DNA from: the human T2T-CHM13v2.0 reference genome, Homo sapiens
Direction: 5' to 3' (one strand)
Length of the DNA stretch: 64,000 nucleotides
NCBI RefSeq assembly: GCF_009914755.1
Contig: NC_060936.1
Shown here: positions 16,478 to 31,849 of the stretch, in pieces
How the letters are laid out: every line of letters begins with the position of its first letter
Numbering within the stretch: the first letter of the stretch is position 1
Notes under the pieces: generated by a model
Database searches by the model: none
Told to the model about the DNA's origin: nothing
What the model saw: only the letters and a program-made list of their open reading frames with translations
Made by a program: the position numbers and the translations under genes

Positions 16478-17591
16478 ATTCAGAGCAAGAAGTACCTGAG
16501 AGAGGAAGGTCAGAGAGAGAAGGGCCTCTCGGGTGCCCTCTGTGTGGATGGCAAGTGGCCTGATGGGAAAAGTACAGACTGTTTTGAGCCATCACTTGGT
16601 TTCTGTGTCTCTGCCTGTATTTGTGATCATTTGGTAGCATTATTTTCTTTCTGCTAATCCCTTCTAGAGGTTATGGGTATAGCTAAGGGATTACATGAAA
16701 TACACACTAAAAAGATGGGGAGGGGGCTCTGCAGAAAAAAGGGAGAAACAGCAATTCAACTTTCACAGTGGAGAAGAGTTGTTGATTTTGTTTTTTTTCT
16801 GTTATTTTTCAAATACATGCCAAAGAAAGTGAGAGGAATAGTGTATTTAATATAGTTAATGGCTTAAGATCAAATATATTTCTGAACTCAGAGGAAGGCT
16901 ACTAACAGAGCAGGAGCTCACTGGCACGTGTGGATAGATGAACCACTTATTAGCAAAAAGGAGTTTCAGAAAGGATTTGTACTGGCCGTTGGTGAAATCC
17001 ATGAACATAAGAAGAAATGAATAGTTCTTTGCATTCCCTTGGCTTGGAGGCAGTTACATAATATTTCATTATTTTACCACCAGCAAAGGGAAGAAACCTG
17101 GAGAGAAGATGCCACAGATGTGTAATTGATTTTGAATTTAGGAACGTAAGTCCTGTTTAATACCTAACTCCTGTCCTCAGGAACAGTCAGACTTGTCAAA
17201 GGAACTCACCTTTGAACTAATAGAGAAAGCTTTAACTGTAAAGGGGGGTAATTGTGGAAAACTAAAAAGGAGTGAAAGATAAATGAAAGGAAACCATCAC
17301 TGGCTTCGTTCAGTGACAATTCATGGAATGCTATTCACTCCGGTCCTAAAGAGCTAATGAATGACACATTCGACTTTCCCTACCCTTTCCTAGGAGACTC
17401 TCAAGCATGAGAAGATGACCCTCTATTCCCAGGAGTCTGTGGGCTCAATTCAAAAACTTAGTGAGACACTTGCTTCCAAAGAAGTTATAAGCACAACAAA
17501 ATGGAAGTCTGAATTTGTGGTAGTAATCATTTATAGAATCAGAAAATGCTTATATTATTTTCAATAGATTATGATCAAAATGAAAACACAA

Positions 17592-17921
<330 letters not shown>

Positions 17922-19936
17922 TAGTCTTAGAACTTTGGGACGCTTGGAAGGAGATGGGAGCTCTCATGTTGAGAAAACACTCCTTTTCTATATTATAAAT
18001 GAATGAATTGGACCATCCAAAGCTTATCTTGTCAACAACTGCAGTGCGTTTAAAATAGCCTCTAAGGCAGCCTTCCACTCCCTCCATAATCCATTTTAGG
18101 TGAAAACTAAGATGCCATTGATTATAAGGTGTGCCACTATTTCACATAAAAGCAGGAAGAAAAAAATGTTAATTAGAACTTCTTTATTTAGAGATGCTAA
18201 AATGAGAAAAACAAAACCTCTGTGAGTTTCAGCATGGATGGGAAATCCCAGGGTACAGTGCAGAGATTGTGGACAAGATCGAACTCCCAGTCTTGGGCGG
18301 GTGGTGTCCCTGCTCCTCCACAGCTGTCGAAGCCTGGGGAAACCAGTTCCCCTCACTGGGCCTCAGTTTATTTATTGGTAAATTGTATTTAACTCGTATT
18401 AACAGTGCCTACTTCTCACTATATTATTGAGAAAATTAAATGTGATCCTTTGTTATAGTATTTAATACGTGCCTTGCACTTATTAGCTATTTTAATGCCG
18501 CTATTACTATAAGTCTGGCAAGAGTAGAATTATGAATTTAATAAATCTTAAATGCTTTTTAAAACTCTGAGTGACTTCACCCAGTCTCAGTTGCTAAACC
18601 TTTAGACATTGTTTAAAATACGTGGTAATGGCTTTGCTTCCTCAGTGCCTTAGTTCTCTAGAGATGAAATGAAATGATCTCTAAAATGGAGTTCCTAAAC
18701 TGAAGAATCAGTCAGAGCCCTAAGGAGCTGATGACTCAAACACAATGGGTGATAGTTTGCATATTGCTTTGCATGACATTTGCATGCTACTGGTTCATTT
18801 TTTGCTTGAAGTGAAAATCCGCCCACCATCTGCTTCTTTCCTGGTCCCTTATGATCCCCTAGGTGTTGAGTTGGCTGACTCTGCCGGGGAAAAATAAAGC
18901 AACTGGCATGCATCAAGCAGTTACTGCATGTGCCTCTGTGGCTGGTTAGCTCGGCAGAGTAGAAGGGCAAGTTCTATCAGGGCACGGACCAGACCACATG
19001 GATCAGGTACTCGCGTCACTGTGGACCATCCTACATGAATGGTCCTATGTCCTCTGAATGGGATGGTCGTTGACTCAAAAACCCATAAAGCCACAAACAG
19101 CATCAGGCAACATTTCCTGAATACAACCCCTAAGTGTGCAGATGTCTGATGGTAAATCAGATGATACACAGCTTAGTTCCTGACCATTGGCAGCTTCCAA
19201 ATCAAACCAGGGCAAAGCTTCTCTTTTCCTGAGCGTGAATAATTATGGGGGCAGTGAACATATAACAAATATTTTTTACTCTCGAAACTGTCAAGATGTA
19301 AAAAAAAAGCACATGACAGCTAATATCTAGCAATAAAGAAAACTTAGCCCTTCATTAATCAGGGCTCTGTTGCCAGAACCTTCTGCGGCTCTAAGCATTT
19401 GTTTTAAACTGAGCCCTGGGATTCCTGACTGCTCGTCAATCAGTGATAATGGACCTACATTTCCACAGATATGATCAAAGCTCACTTAGCTGTGGTTTCT
19501 TGGGAATAACTGAATATTTCTGTAAGCTCAAATACCTATATTATTAGTATGGCAAACTAGACAACAATCCTAGAAGATGATATCAGTATCTATTGTTTGT
19601 AAAAGAGCTGCAAATAGCACTCTAGTAAGTGTCGCATAAACGATCCTTTGGATAGCACATAAAAATACCAACTCACATTGTTCTCAGGTTTCCTGAAGTA
19701 TGACCCATATGTGAACAGAAAACCCAAATAATCAACTACAAAACCCCAAATTTATATCTGGATACTGGGACTAGAATACTGTAAGCATAATTAAGCTTAT
19801 GAGGTTTTAGAGGTAGTATTTTATCATTAAGCTTATTAGGTTTTAGAGATACTGCTTTTTTGATTTTTTTTTAAATGTTTTACAGCTTTATTAAGGATAA
19901 AAGTATCTGTTAGGCTTTTCAAATGATTAGATATAA

Positions 19937-20247
<311 letters not shown>

Positions 20248-21124
20248 AAAACATCATACTTTTATGAACACTTAGAAATACAAGAACTTCAGTTACATTA
20301 ACATTTCCAAAACAAATTCTAAGAAATATAAAATAACCAAAAGATACTTTATAGTACAACTTTACTTTCTAAAAGTGTCACTCCTCATGGGATAATTTTT
20401 AGAGATTATCTAGTCCAATACCACTGCCTTTATAGATGAAATTGAAGTCTGGTCTGGAAATTGGCACCTAAGTACAACAGAAGGCAAGAGCCCAGAAGAT
20501 GAACTCTTGGGACTGGCAGATTCCAGGACAGAGGACTGGAGCTTCTGGGATGCAGGCTTAGAAGCCCTGGCTAGGTAGGTGGCTCTTTTAAGGAGCCTGG
20601 AGCTTTGAAGGAAACTACGTTTAAAAATGAGGAAAAAAAAAAAAAAAAGAGAGAAAAAGGCACTGGGGAGGAGTTGAGTCTCGAAGAACAGTCTAACATA
20701 AAGGTATTCCAGCCGGGAAGTTGAGTTAACTTCTGACTCAGGTCATCTGGTGAAAGGCACTTCCCTGGGAGGTAGGGTGGGCCTGTTTCCAGGAGCAAGG
20801 CACTCAGTCACTTCCTTAGTCCCTGAGTGGGCCAGGAAGCAAACTCATTTTAAAGGACAGGAAACCAGACATAAAGGCTTTAAAAGGTGAACGTGAGTGC
20901 AACAGCTGAATCATCCACTCGGTCTTACTCAATTGGAGCAGACAAAGAGCAATGAATTGCCTCCTTTGCTGCTCTCCTCTGTCTACCGACCAGCTCAAGA
21001 TCAGGAACTGAACAAGAGGCCAGGGGCTGGCCACTCAGTGTGTTTTAAAAGCCCCTGAAGACCATAGATTCCTGTCTTTGAAGCTGCTCAAACCCTGAGG
21101 CGGGAGAGGAAAGGAGGGGTAGCA

Positions 21125-21515
21125 GATGTGCTGGTTCTTTTCCATCTGTCCCCATCCTGGAGGTACGGCCCTGGCCTGTGTCTGTGTCCTGGCAGGCTGA
21201 CCTCCCTGGGCCACTCATCAGCTGGCTTCCTGCTGGGGTCAGCCGATGGGAAGGTCAGGCAAGAGATGGGAGGGCGGGCAGAGAGAAGTCAGCATATCTT
21301 CTCCCATTCCTTCTAACAGCTCCTGCCCAGTGGTCCCTCATTAGTGGCTCCCACTCTCCTTGGCTCTGCTACAGCGTTTCCTTCCCTGGTTCCTCAGGGT
21401 GGTCAACTCCTTCCTGGGGACCTCAACACTCCTGGCCGGTTCTCTCTACCTCCTTCATTCACAGTTGACCCATCTGAGTTGGAGTCTGTCTCCTGTCAGA
21501 ACCCTGACCTGAGAC
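21125..21515 (+). mobile_element. LTR33-like ERVL LTR
   Basis: ggcaggctgacc...ctggcttcctgctggggtcagccgatgggaagg...agaaccctgacctgagaca. Confidence 0.55.
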
Positions 21516-22312
21516 ATGGGAATGGCAGCCATGGGGTAAACATAGATAGCATCTTACACATACTTCCATTTACTGGGCAGAATTTTACAAGGAAACGTAA
21601 ATATATACATTTTTACAACATGTATTACACACTTCTCCACCTCTTTCATGTTAGAACATGTAATTACATTTCATGTAATACACGTTAGAATATTTGTTGT
21701 AAAATGTATATATATACGTTTATGTCACCACATATATACTTTTGAAAGCAACAGACCTTCAACAAACACCAATCTTCAAGCCCCCAAAACCACTGCCAGG
21801 TCGGTTTGCTCCTTGTTCTCTGGGATCTTCCCTTGGAAAGGACGCTTTACTAGGAGGAACGAAGGCTGCCTCAGCCTAAGTCTGCTTTGTAAATGGAAGT
21901 AAAATTAAGGTGAATTTCTTGATTGCCTCAAGGGAATTGGTGGTCTGGGCTGCAGAGGCAACAGCAACTTAAGCTGGAGACAGGGAAGGGGAAAGGGAAG
22001 GGGTGGGATCAGACCTCAAAAAGGGTGGAGCAAGCAGGAGAGCCCACAAGAGCCATGTGACCTAGAGGAAGGGGACAGAAGAATGAGAGTCCTCACAGCC
22101 CTTCGGGGGGAAGAGTCCTGTACTTTTACTACTTTCGGAATAAAGAGTCAGTTCTTTGGAAAAGGCCCCACTCTCAGGCCAGCATATTTCGTTATGAAAG
22201 CGGTGGAGAAGTGTGTAATACATGTTAGAATATTTGTTGCAAAATCTGTAATTTAAAAATTCCCCACACCAAAAGTGAAGAAGCATCAGTTATTTAAAAG
22301 AAAATCACAACT

Positions 22313-22452
22313 GCCAGGTGGTGGTGCAACCTGTAATCCCAGCTACTCAGGCTGCTGAGGTGGGAGGATTGTTTGAGCCCAGGAATTTGGGTCTAGCTTG
22401 GGCAACATAGTGAGACCCTGTGTCTAATTTTTAAAAAATAAATGAAATAAAA
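22313..22452 (+). mobile_element. Monomeric Alu (FLAM-like)
   Basis: Single arm with A-rich tail. Confidence 0.8.
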
Positions 22453-22996
22453 ACATAAATGTATCTTATTCCCTGGCAATGCTGGATAAAGGAAGGGTTA
22501 ACAATGATCTCTTGGCTCAAATTTCCTTCAGTTGAACCCGGACGTGAGGCAACTGCAGCTTCTAAGGGAATGTGCATAAAAGGAGAAGCTTCTGGGAGAG
22601 AACAGTGCAAAGTCACTAAGTAAAAGTGGAGTCAACTGGGGAGTCATCCCAGGCCCCCTTCCAAACACCCAGGGCACTCGAATCCCTTTCCTTCCTCCTC
22701 ATCACTCTCACATATTATGCTCCTGCTAAGTTTTCACTGAGAAACAGATTCTGAAGTCAAAAAACGTTTGAATACTACTGGTTTAGATTTATCACAGACG
22801 TGTACATGAAATGCTATATGCATAAGTAAGAGACTGCCTTTACCTTGTAATATCAACCTGATTGTCCTTAAATGCATTTTCATTCTGATGTAGAAGGCCT
22901 GTCTTTAATTATTTCTAATCATTTAATTTTTGAGACAAAATAAAAACATCAGAAGGCATTAGAAATTAGCAAGAATCAGACAGCTCATCTGCTTAC

Positions 22997-23109
22997 CTGC
23001 TATCCCCAGCATTTGCAACATACAGCTTCCCCAAAAGGCAAATCACAATGAGGGCCGTGCAGCCACCAGATATATTATATGAACTCCTCTCTCGTTCTAT
23101 CTGTAGGTC
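22997..23109 (-). CDS. PPM1H: PPM1H internal coding exon (probably exon 4), DLQIERERSSYNISGGCTALIVICLLGKLYVANAGDS(R)
   Basis: Read manually: acceptor ttattctccag|GAC, donor AGCAG|gtaagc, 113 bp. Contains PP2C motifs SGGCTA and LYVANAGDSR and is in frame with the upstream exon. Confidence 0.96.
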
Positions 23110-23475
23110 CTGGAGAATAAAACAGAGTTAGTGTTGGATTGTGCAGGATGTGTAGCAAAAGCTTTCTCACTTTCATTCTCTTGACAGTCCCCAGACTCTG
23201 AATGTGCTTCAAGAAGGGACTAGAAAAATCTTTAGTGCTTGCTTTCCTACCACCTGATGAGCATTTCTGGAGAGGACACTGGCATAAAACTGCCACATAT
23301 TAGACCATCTGTGAACCAGAGACAGGAAACAATAGACAGCAAACAGAAACAATCAGACAAAAATGCAAATAAAATGTAAGTTGTATTCAGTAAATATCAC
23401 AGCTTATGGAAAATTTAGTCTTTGTGGATTGCATGAGCTACCATGTGAAACATACACTAGAGAGGCTGAGGATGA

Positions 23476-24068
<593 letters not shown>

Positions 24069-24173
24069 CAGATATGATCAATGTTTTAAACTCCAAAGTC
24101 TTGGATAAATAGTCTCTTTTACAGATAAATTACAGAAAGATGTCTTCTATTCAACACAGGCAGGAGTCAAGCC

Positions 24174-24282
24174 ATGACTTATAGGGCAAAGACTTACAAT
24201 GACTTATAAATGACTTAAAATGACTTAAATAAATTATAAATGACTTATAATGACTTAAATGACTTCAAATGACTTATAGGGC
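24174..24282. repeat. About 10-bp-period (AATGACTTA-like) minisatellite bounded by a 14-bp direct repeat
   Basis: About 10 GACTT units. atgacttatagggc at 24174-24187 and 24269-24282. Confidence 0.9.
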
Positions 24283-25066
24283 TTCTGAACTCTGACCTGA
24301 CTTTTCCTCTTCCCACAGCCACCAATTTACAATGGTAAAACGTTTATAATAATTAGAAACATTCATTGAGAACTTTCTCTACGTCACGTAGTGTGCTGAG
24401 CACTTTATACTCAAACTCTCATATCGTCCTCAAGACCATCACTATGAACCTCATTGTTTAGTTGCAGAGAAGTGGGGTAGCCTGCCCATATTTACCTGGC
24501 TAGAGTCTGGATTCCAACCTGCTTCTCTTCCAAAGTTTGTGTTGTTACCTGCCACCTAATGAGGCCTCCCCAAGGAATTGATATTAAAAATAGACCAACA
24601 CTGGCATCATCAAGACAGATACCTGTGAAATTCTGTGTTAGCGATAGAAGCAAAGGTTCTGTTACCTCAGAAAAATCTGTGTTAGTAAGATACATTGAAT
24701 GCCTGGCTAAAATAATGCCAAATCTTCCAGTGGTAATCTACTACTTTTGGTGCAGAGGGAAGGAAAATGAGGGCTGGCTAAAAATTACAGGAAGAGGAAG
24801 AAACGGTGACGTTGATGCTGTTGTTGGCAGATCTAGGGTCAGGCCACTATTGTAATCCTGAGAATCCCACAGAGTTAGAGCTCAGCTGCTTCAACCAGAC
24901 TCCTCATGGAAAAGGGGGAGAGAAGTCAAGACCCCAGCATTTACCAGCAACTGCTTTGCTCTAGGGGCCAGAGATGGTAACATAAAAAGGGTAAATCACC
25001 AATGGGAAACTGGAAACAGAAGAGCTTGAGCTTAGGGATATCATACTGGTTAAAGAGCAAATGGAA

Positions 25067-25371
25067 GCCAGGCACGGTGGCTAACGCCTGTAATTCCAAT
25101 ACTTTGGGAGGCAGAGACAGGAGGTCACTTGAGGCTAGGAGTTCAAGACCAGCCTGGGCAACATAGTGATACCCCCATCTCTATAAAAAATAATTAGCTG
25201 GGTGTGGTGGCACATGCCTGTAGTCTTAGCTACTTGGGAGGCTGAGGACAGAGGATCTCTTGAGCCCAGGAGTTCGAGGCTGCAGTAAGCCATGATCATG
25301 CCACTGTGCTTTAGCCGGGGTGACAGAGCGAGACCCTGTCTCAAAAACAAAAACAAAATAACAACAAAAAC
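25067..25371 (+). mobile_element. AluJ
   Basis: Dimer with A/C-rich tail. Confidence 0.9.
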
Positions 25372-26410
25372 CAGTAAATAGAGAAAAAACACAAAGCCAG
25401 GACTTGGGAGAGACCAACACACTGGGAGAGAGCTGGGTAAGAGATTGCGGGAGGGGAACTGGAGAGCCACGGGGAGGAGGTAGGAATATGTGTTGGGGGA
25501 TGTAGTGGTTTATAAACAAGTGAGGAAACACTTCAATATGGGAGTGAACAGCAGCAGCAAAAGCTGCAGAAGCATCAAGCATGGGGCAAACTTCAAAGGA
25601 CTATGTGGGATTTTTAACATTTACTTCAACTGTGTATAAATTAGCTTTCTTAAAGGACTGTCGTAAGGCTAAATTAGCTGGCATGTGTGAGGGGCTTAGT
25701 AGGATATCTGGACCCTTCCCGCAGCCCAGAAGCTTCAACATTGAGAGCGGTGGCCTTTCTTGCTCATCTTAGACCCTCAACACCTAGGTTAGGCCAGGTA
25801 AATGGTAGTTTAATAAATATCTGTTCAATGGACAAATGAAGAAATAAATTTTAAATTTTTTTTATCTGCCTCTCCCCTTACCTCTGCCTTAATATGAAAA
25901 ATGGATTCCACAATTCACAAATGAAAAGCTTACAATGCCAACGCTCGCTGAGATAATAATTAAGCAGAAACCCATGCTTCAATTAAAATGCTTGACTGCC
26001 AAGAATGGTTATCAGAACCTACACAAGACTGGTAGAAGGCTGGAGGATGAGGAGGAGGGGCACGGGTGTCAGGTGGGAAGAATTATCTCAAGCAAATAGA
26101 AGAGAGGAGAAGGAAAACATCAAGATGCCTGTTTAACCTCCAAGAAAACCCATAAAAACAGAACCCCAAACCCTACTAAGGGGTTTGTGGATGGAATTGC
26201 TACTTTTTTTGCATTTAAAGAACGCATATAAAGTTGATACTATGATAGATACATATTTTACTGAATTATATAAGTTGATAAAGAGTCTGCATCCAATACA
26301 TCAAAAGGAACTGCTCAGCTACAGAGACTATTTTTTCACTGTCAGAATCAATATTTGCTTGAATACCTAAAAGGCTGAAAGACAATATTTATTAAAAATT
26401 ATTTGAAAAC

Positions 26411-26705
<295 letters not shown>

Positions 26706-28213
26706 TTATCTGAACACCTACTGCTTGTATACTGTCTATAGACTAGAATGTGAATGATGTTTGTTTGATAGACTTGATCAAACCACTAGTATGATCCAAA
26801 AGGTAGAAACGTTATGGTGCAAAAAGTCCACGTAACAGGGCCGTCCACGGCAACAAATTCCTTTGGGACTCAGTTAAGCAAGTTCGGGCTACACCACAGG
26901 TAGGTACATTATTTATCATGGTTTCTATCACAAGAAATTCTGCTTAGAAAATTATGTAATGCTTAGGGGAAAAAATCAAGGTAAAGAGCTCAGCACTAAA
27001 ACTTTTCTGCTTTAACTTTGGGGGAAACATTCCAGTTAGCTTACCCATTTAACCCCTTGGTATTATATTAATAGTGTGACTCAATATTTTTTTTCTAACT
27101 GATTTCATTATTTCTTTCACCTTTTTCTACGTTCAGCTACATTCCCTCTGTAGCTCCCCCTGAATAAGGAATGCTAAATTTGGCAGCACTTTCTCATAAA
27201 GAGTGAACTTAAGTACTTTTTAATCCAAGAAACTTTGCTAACATGTGCATGCGTTTGCCACTTCCCTCCCCCACATTTGTGTGGGAACATAAGTGTGCAT
27301 ACATGCACATGTGCACACACACACTTTAATTACAAGTGTCCTCTCTGGGATCATGGTGGGAAGGATTTGAAAGACGTGTTTCCATAGACTTCATCCCCCT
27401 GAAGGATTCACTGTCGTTAAAACACACTCTTCTATTTCTTCTAAAACCGTGTGCAACTAGAACATATTCTAAAAATAATTGCTTCCCTCCCCCTCCTCCC
27501 TAGAAGCCAAAATAGCACATTTATTTTTTCCCTACATACACCACCTACTCCTCTTTAAAAGATGTTTCACAAAATCTTAGTACTGAAAGGAACATTAAAG
27601 GACCATCTGGGTGGTTCTTTTACTATCAGAGCAAACATGATATATTAAGTCAATAAAGATACATTTACCATTGCATTATCTACCTTTTTTCTTCAAATCC
27701 TCACCTTTCAGATTAGATTAAGTTTTTAATATTCTACATAATAAATAAAAACATGGAAGTATTTTCTTAAAAACCTCAAGTTTTTGGTATTTTTACAAAA
27801 ATCAATGAAACCACGGGAAAAACTGCTTACTGCTTTGTGCTAAGCAAGGACTGATTTAGAATATCTCCCTATTTTTGCTGTCAATGAACCCCGAGCCCTG
27901 TGTCTAGAATAAACTGATTAGCAAAACACATGCATATACTATCATTCAAGTATGGTCTAAAAGGATCGATTAAATGACTCTTAAGATTCAATTAACAAGA
28001 TAATTGATTTATCTGCTTAATCAATAGTCCTGAAGACCTTGCAGGGCAACTTTCTAGGTAGCAGGACTGAGTTATCTTCTGTTGTGTCTGCTTAAACACA
28101 ACATTTAAGCGAGGTTAATCTTTAAATCAAACAATGGATCCAGTTTTTAAGATGTGGGATTTTATTTTGCTCCTTGTTGCAAGGAGAAACGGGAGCCGAG
28201 AAAGCAAACAGAG

Positions 28214-28533
28214 GGCCGGGCGCGGTGGCTCACGCCTGTAATCTCAGCACTTTGGGAGGCCGAGGCAGGCAGATCACCTGAGGTCGGGCAGTGGAGACCA
28301 GCTTGACCAACACGTAGAAACCCCGTCTCTACTAAAAATACAAAATTAGCCGGGTGTGATGGCGCATGCTTGTAACCCCAGCTACTCGGGAGGTTGAGGC
28401 AGGAGAATTGCTTGAACCCGGGAGGTGGAGGTTGCGGTGAGCCCAGATCGCGCCAAGCCAAGATCGCGTCATTGCACTCCAGCCTGGGCAACAAGAGAGA
28501 AACTCCGTTTCAAAAAAAAAAAAAAAAAAAAAA
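28214..28533 (+). mobile_element. AluS (Sp/Sq-like)
   Basis: TSD gcaaacagag, A23 tail. Confidence 0.93.
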
Positions 28534-30155
28534 GGCAAACAGAGATGTGTGTGCAATGAGACTAATTCAGCAGGAAAGAAGTGCAAGAGAAAAATATTGC
28601 CCGGGATGGTAATAATTTGGTTTGAAAGTCTCATAGATGATGCAACTCCAAGGTCATTCTTTGTTTCCTACCAATTTCAGGTTGCAAAAGGAAAGCAATA
28701 TCTGGTAGCAGAAAGGAGCAAGTGTTGGGTAGTTTCAATAGGACCTGGCAGCTCCCCCTAGCTGAGTTAAAACACGGCTCTGAGCACATTGCTAATAGTG
28801 TCAGTCACAAATAATCAGATTCTGCATGGTTTTAGTATCCAAATCTGATCCCAGTTTATTCTGAGAACAAGGCCATCTGCCAGCCAGGCAATGGGGAAGA
28901 AAAGCCAGCACTCTACTGCCTACTATTGCCACCTGCCGGCTGCTGGTGGAATCACATGCTCATTCCTTCCTAGAGAAACTTCCCGTTCTAACAAAAACAA
29001 AGAGAACAAAACCAACTTAAATTTAAGACAGCTATGTGGGTTCCCAATTTACCATTAACATGCTAATTTTGGAAAACACTAATTTATTTATTATAATTAA
29101 TCTATAAACACTAATTTATAGATTTCTAAACTATAAACTTTGCCCCCTTTTTGTCACAATGTCACCATGTATTTATAAGGTTTTTATCAACAAAGTCTAG
29201 CTGCTTGGTATTTCCAATCATTTACCCAGTGATGGAATTACATATAGTAGTTCCATAAGTTAAAATATTGCCATTTTCTTCCCTTCCTAAGAACCGACTC
29301 TGGTGGGGAATCTAGACCCACTCTTAAAAGGAAATAGAACTCTGAGATCCTCCCGGCTATGTCCAGAGCTCAAATCCCATAGTTAACAGGTTAAAACGGT
29401 AATCACTGCTAACTTGGTTCTGATCCCTAGGAGGGCAAAGGCTTCCTGTAACTAACCCTGCAGTGGAATCGACTTCCTCCATGAGTCTGAAATGTTGATT
29501 ATTCAACCATGTTTTTGGGAGGGTGGAGAAGTAGGGAGGAGGTTTGAAATCAGGACTTAGAAGACACTTGTCTTATTTATACCTATTGTCCTGGGCCAAG
29601 CGACAATATAAATATAATAGGTGACAAAACAGAGCTAAGCCAGGCCTTGCTGGGAAGCAGAATTGAAGTCAGTCGGAAAATTCCTGAGATTTTGGTCCTT
29701 TAGGAAGCCATGGCTCACTTTTCATAGTGGACACAGGAGGGATTCGCTACATAGCCTTCACACTATGAAGGAAGATCTGAGATACAATCAGGGGGTTGTA
29801 GGGGCACACCTACCTCTGACAGTGTACACAGTAAGTATTAAAAACCAGTGGTCATAGGTCACCTTCACCACAAGCCCCAAGCTGTGCCAGGCAACCCGAG
29901 GACCAAAGATGAAAAGCACTGCTCTCAAAGAAGCTTATAGTATTTGATGAAACTGTTACCATCTCCCCTCATTGGAAGCATTTTTTTCTCTTCTGTTCGT
30001 CTGTATTTTGTGACTAGTACCTACTTTTTCCCCAGAAATAGGTACTATTTATTTTGACTTGAGTGTTTCTGAACATTTTTAACAGTGTATCCCTTTTGGA
30101 AAGGTGTCAACATTTCACTACCTCCTTTTGTTATTTAGAATATCAAAATAAATAA

Positions 30156-30799
<644 letters not shown>

Positions 30800-30897
30800 A
30801 TAAGATCTTATGTTTTACTTCCTCAGTGGTGTCTAAAAGAATACTGATTTTAAGATGTAAGCTCAATAAATACTAGTGACTGAGAAGAGCAGTTCTT

Positions 30898-31849
30898 AGT
30901 GAAAACAACACAAACTGTTTTTCCTCTGTTCTCATCCCACAACAACCAATACAGAAGACTTCTGTGACCAAATGTGTGAGAGTTTTCCCCCACATAACCA
31001 GCAAGCAATCAGTTCTGCAGAAGACACCAGCTGGGCGTCCTCCAGTTCAATTCCACACAATTATGTACTTGGAGATAGCATCAGATTTCACAGGTTGAGG
31101 GCTCAGTCCCCCAACTGACTCCCACTTCTGATGCCAGTCGCAAGCCCCAGGTTGGTTTACCTGTGCTTCTGACTGACCAGCTATAAATCTGGGTTCCCAA
31201 GACCCCCCTCTCCTAAGGTTCGATTAATTTGCTAGAGTGGCTCACAGAAATCAGGAAAAATTTACTTACATTTGCTAGTTCATTATAAAGGATATTACAA
31301 AGGATATGGATGAAGAGATGCATACGGTGTGGAGCTTCCATGCCCTCACTTGGCACGTGACCCTCCAGGGACCTCCACATGTTCAGCTACCCAGAAGCTC
31401 ACTGAGCCCTATTCTCTTGGGCCTTTATGGAGACCTCATTACATAGGCACGAGTGTTTAAATCATCAGCTGTTGGTGATCAACTCACCCTTCAGCCCTTC
31501 TCCCCTCTCATGAGGTTGAGGATGCGTGCACCCGTGTGCGCGCACACACACACACAAATTATTGGGGCAAATCTAAATTAGGCTATTCTTTCATTTTATT
31601 CACATTAATACACCTGACATCTACATTATCAACGGCAGTTTACTGTGTGATTCTACTTAGTTGCACAGCCCTCTAATCCTGCCTTGGTCTTTTTGATGAA
31701 CAGACCCCATCCAGAAGCTACCCAGGGGCTGCCAGCCACCAGTCATCTCATTAGGATACAAAAAGATACTTATCACTTTGAAGATTTCAAGGATTTTAGG
31801 AGTTGTATGTCAGGACATGGAGTTGAAGACAGAATATCATAATATCACA
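30898..31849 (-). mobile_element. MER21-family LTR
   Basis: cagaagacttctgtgaccaaatgtgtg, ggagatagcatcagat, ends aatatcaca (TGTGATATT on the minus strand). Confidence 0.75.

Noticed and set aside
21617-22226. 33-bp inverted repeats as the TIRs of a 610-bp DNA transposon
   Set aside because: No TSD, no known TIR end motif, and extra direct copies that a transposon would not explain.
24174-24282. CRISPR-like array
   Set aside because: Units of about 10 bp with no unique spacers, in a human intron.
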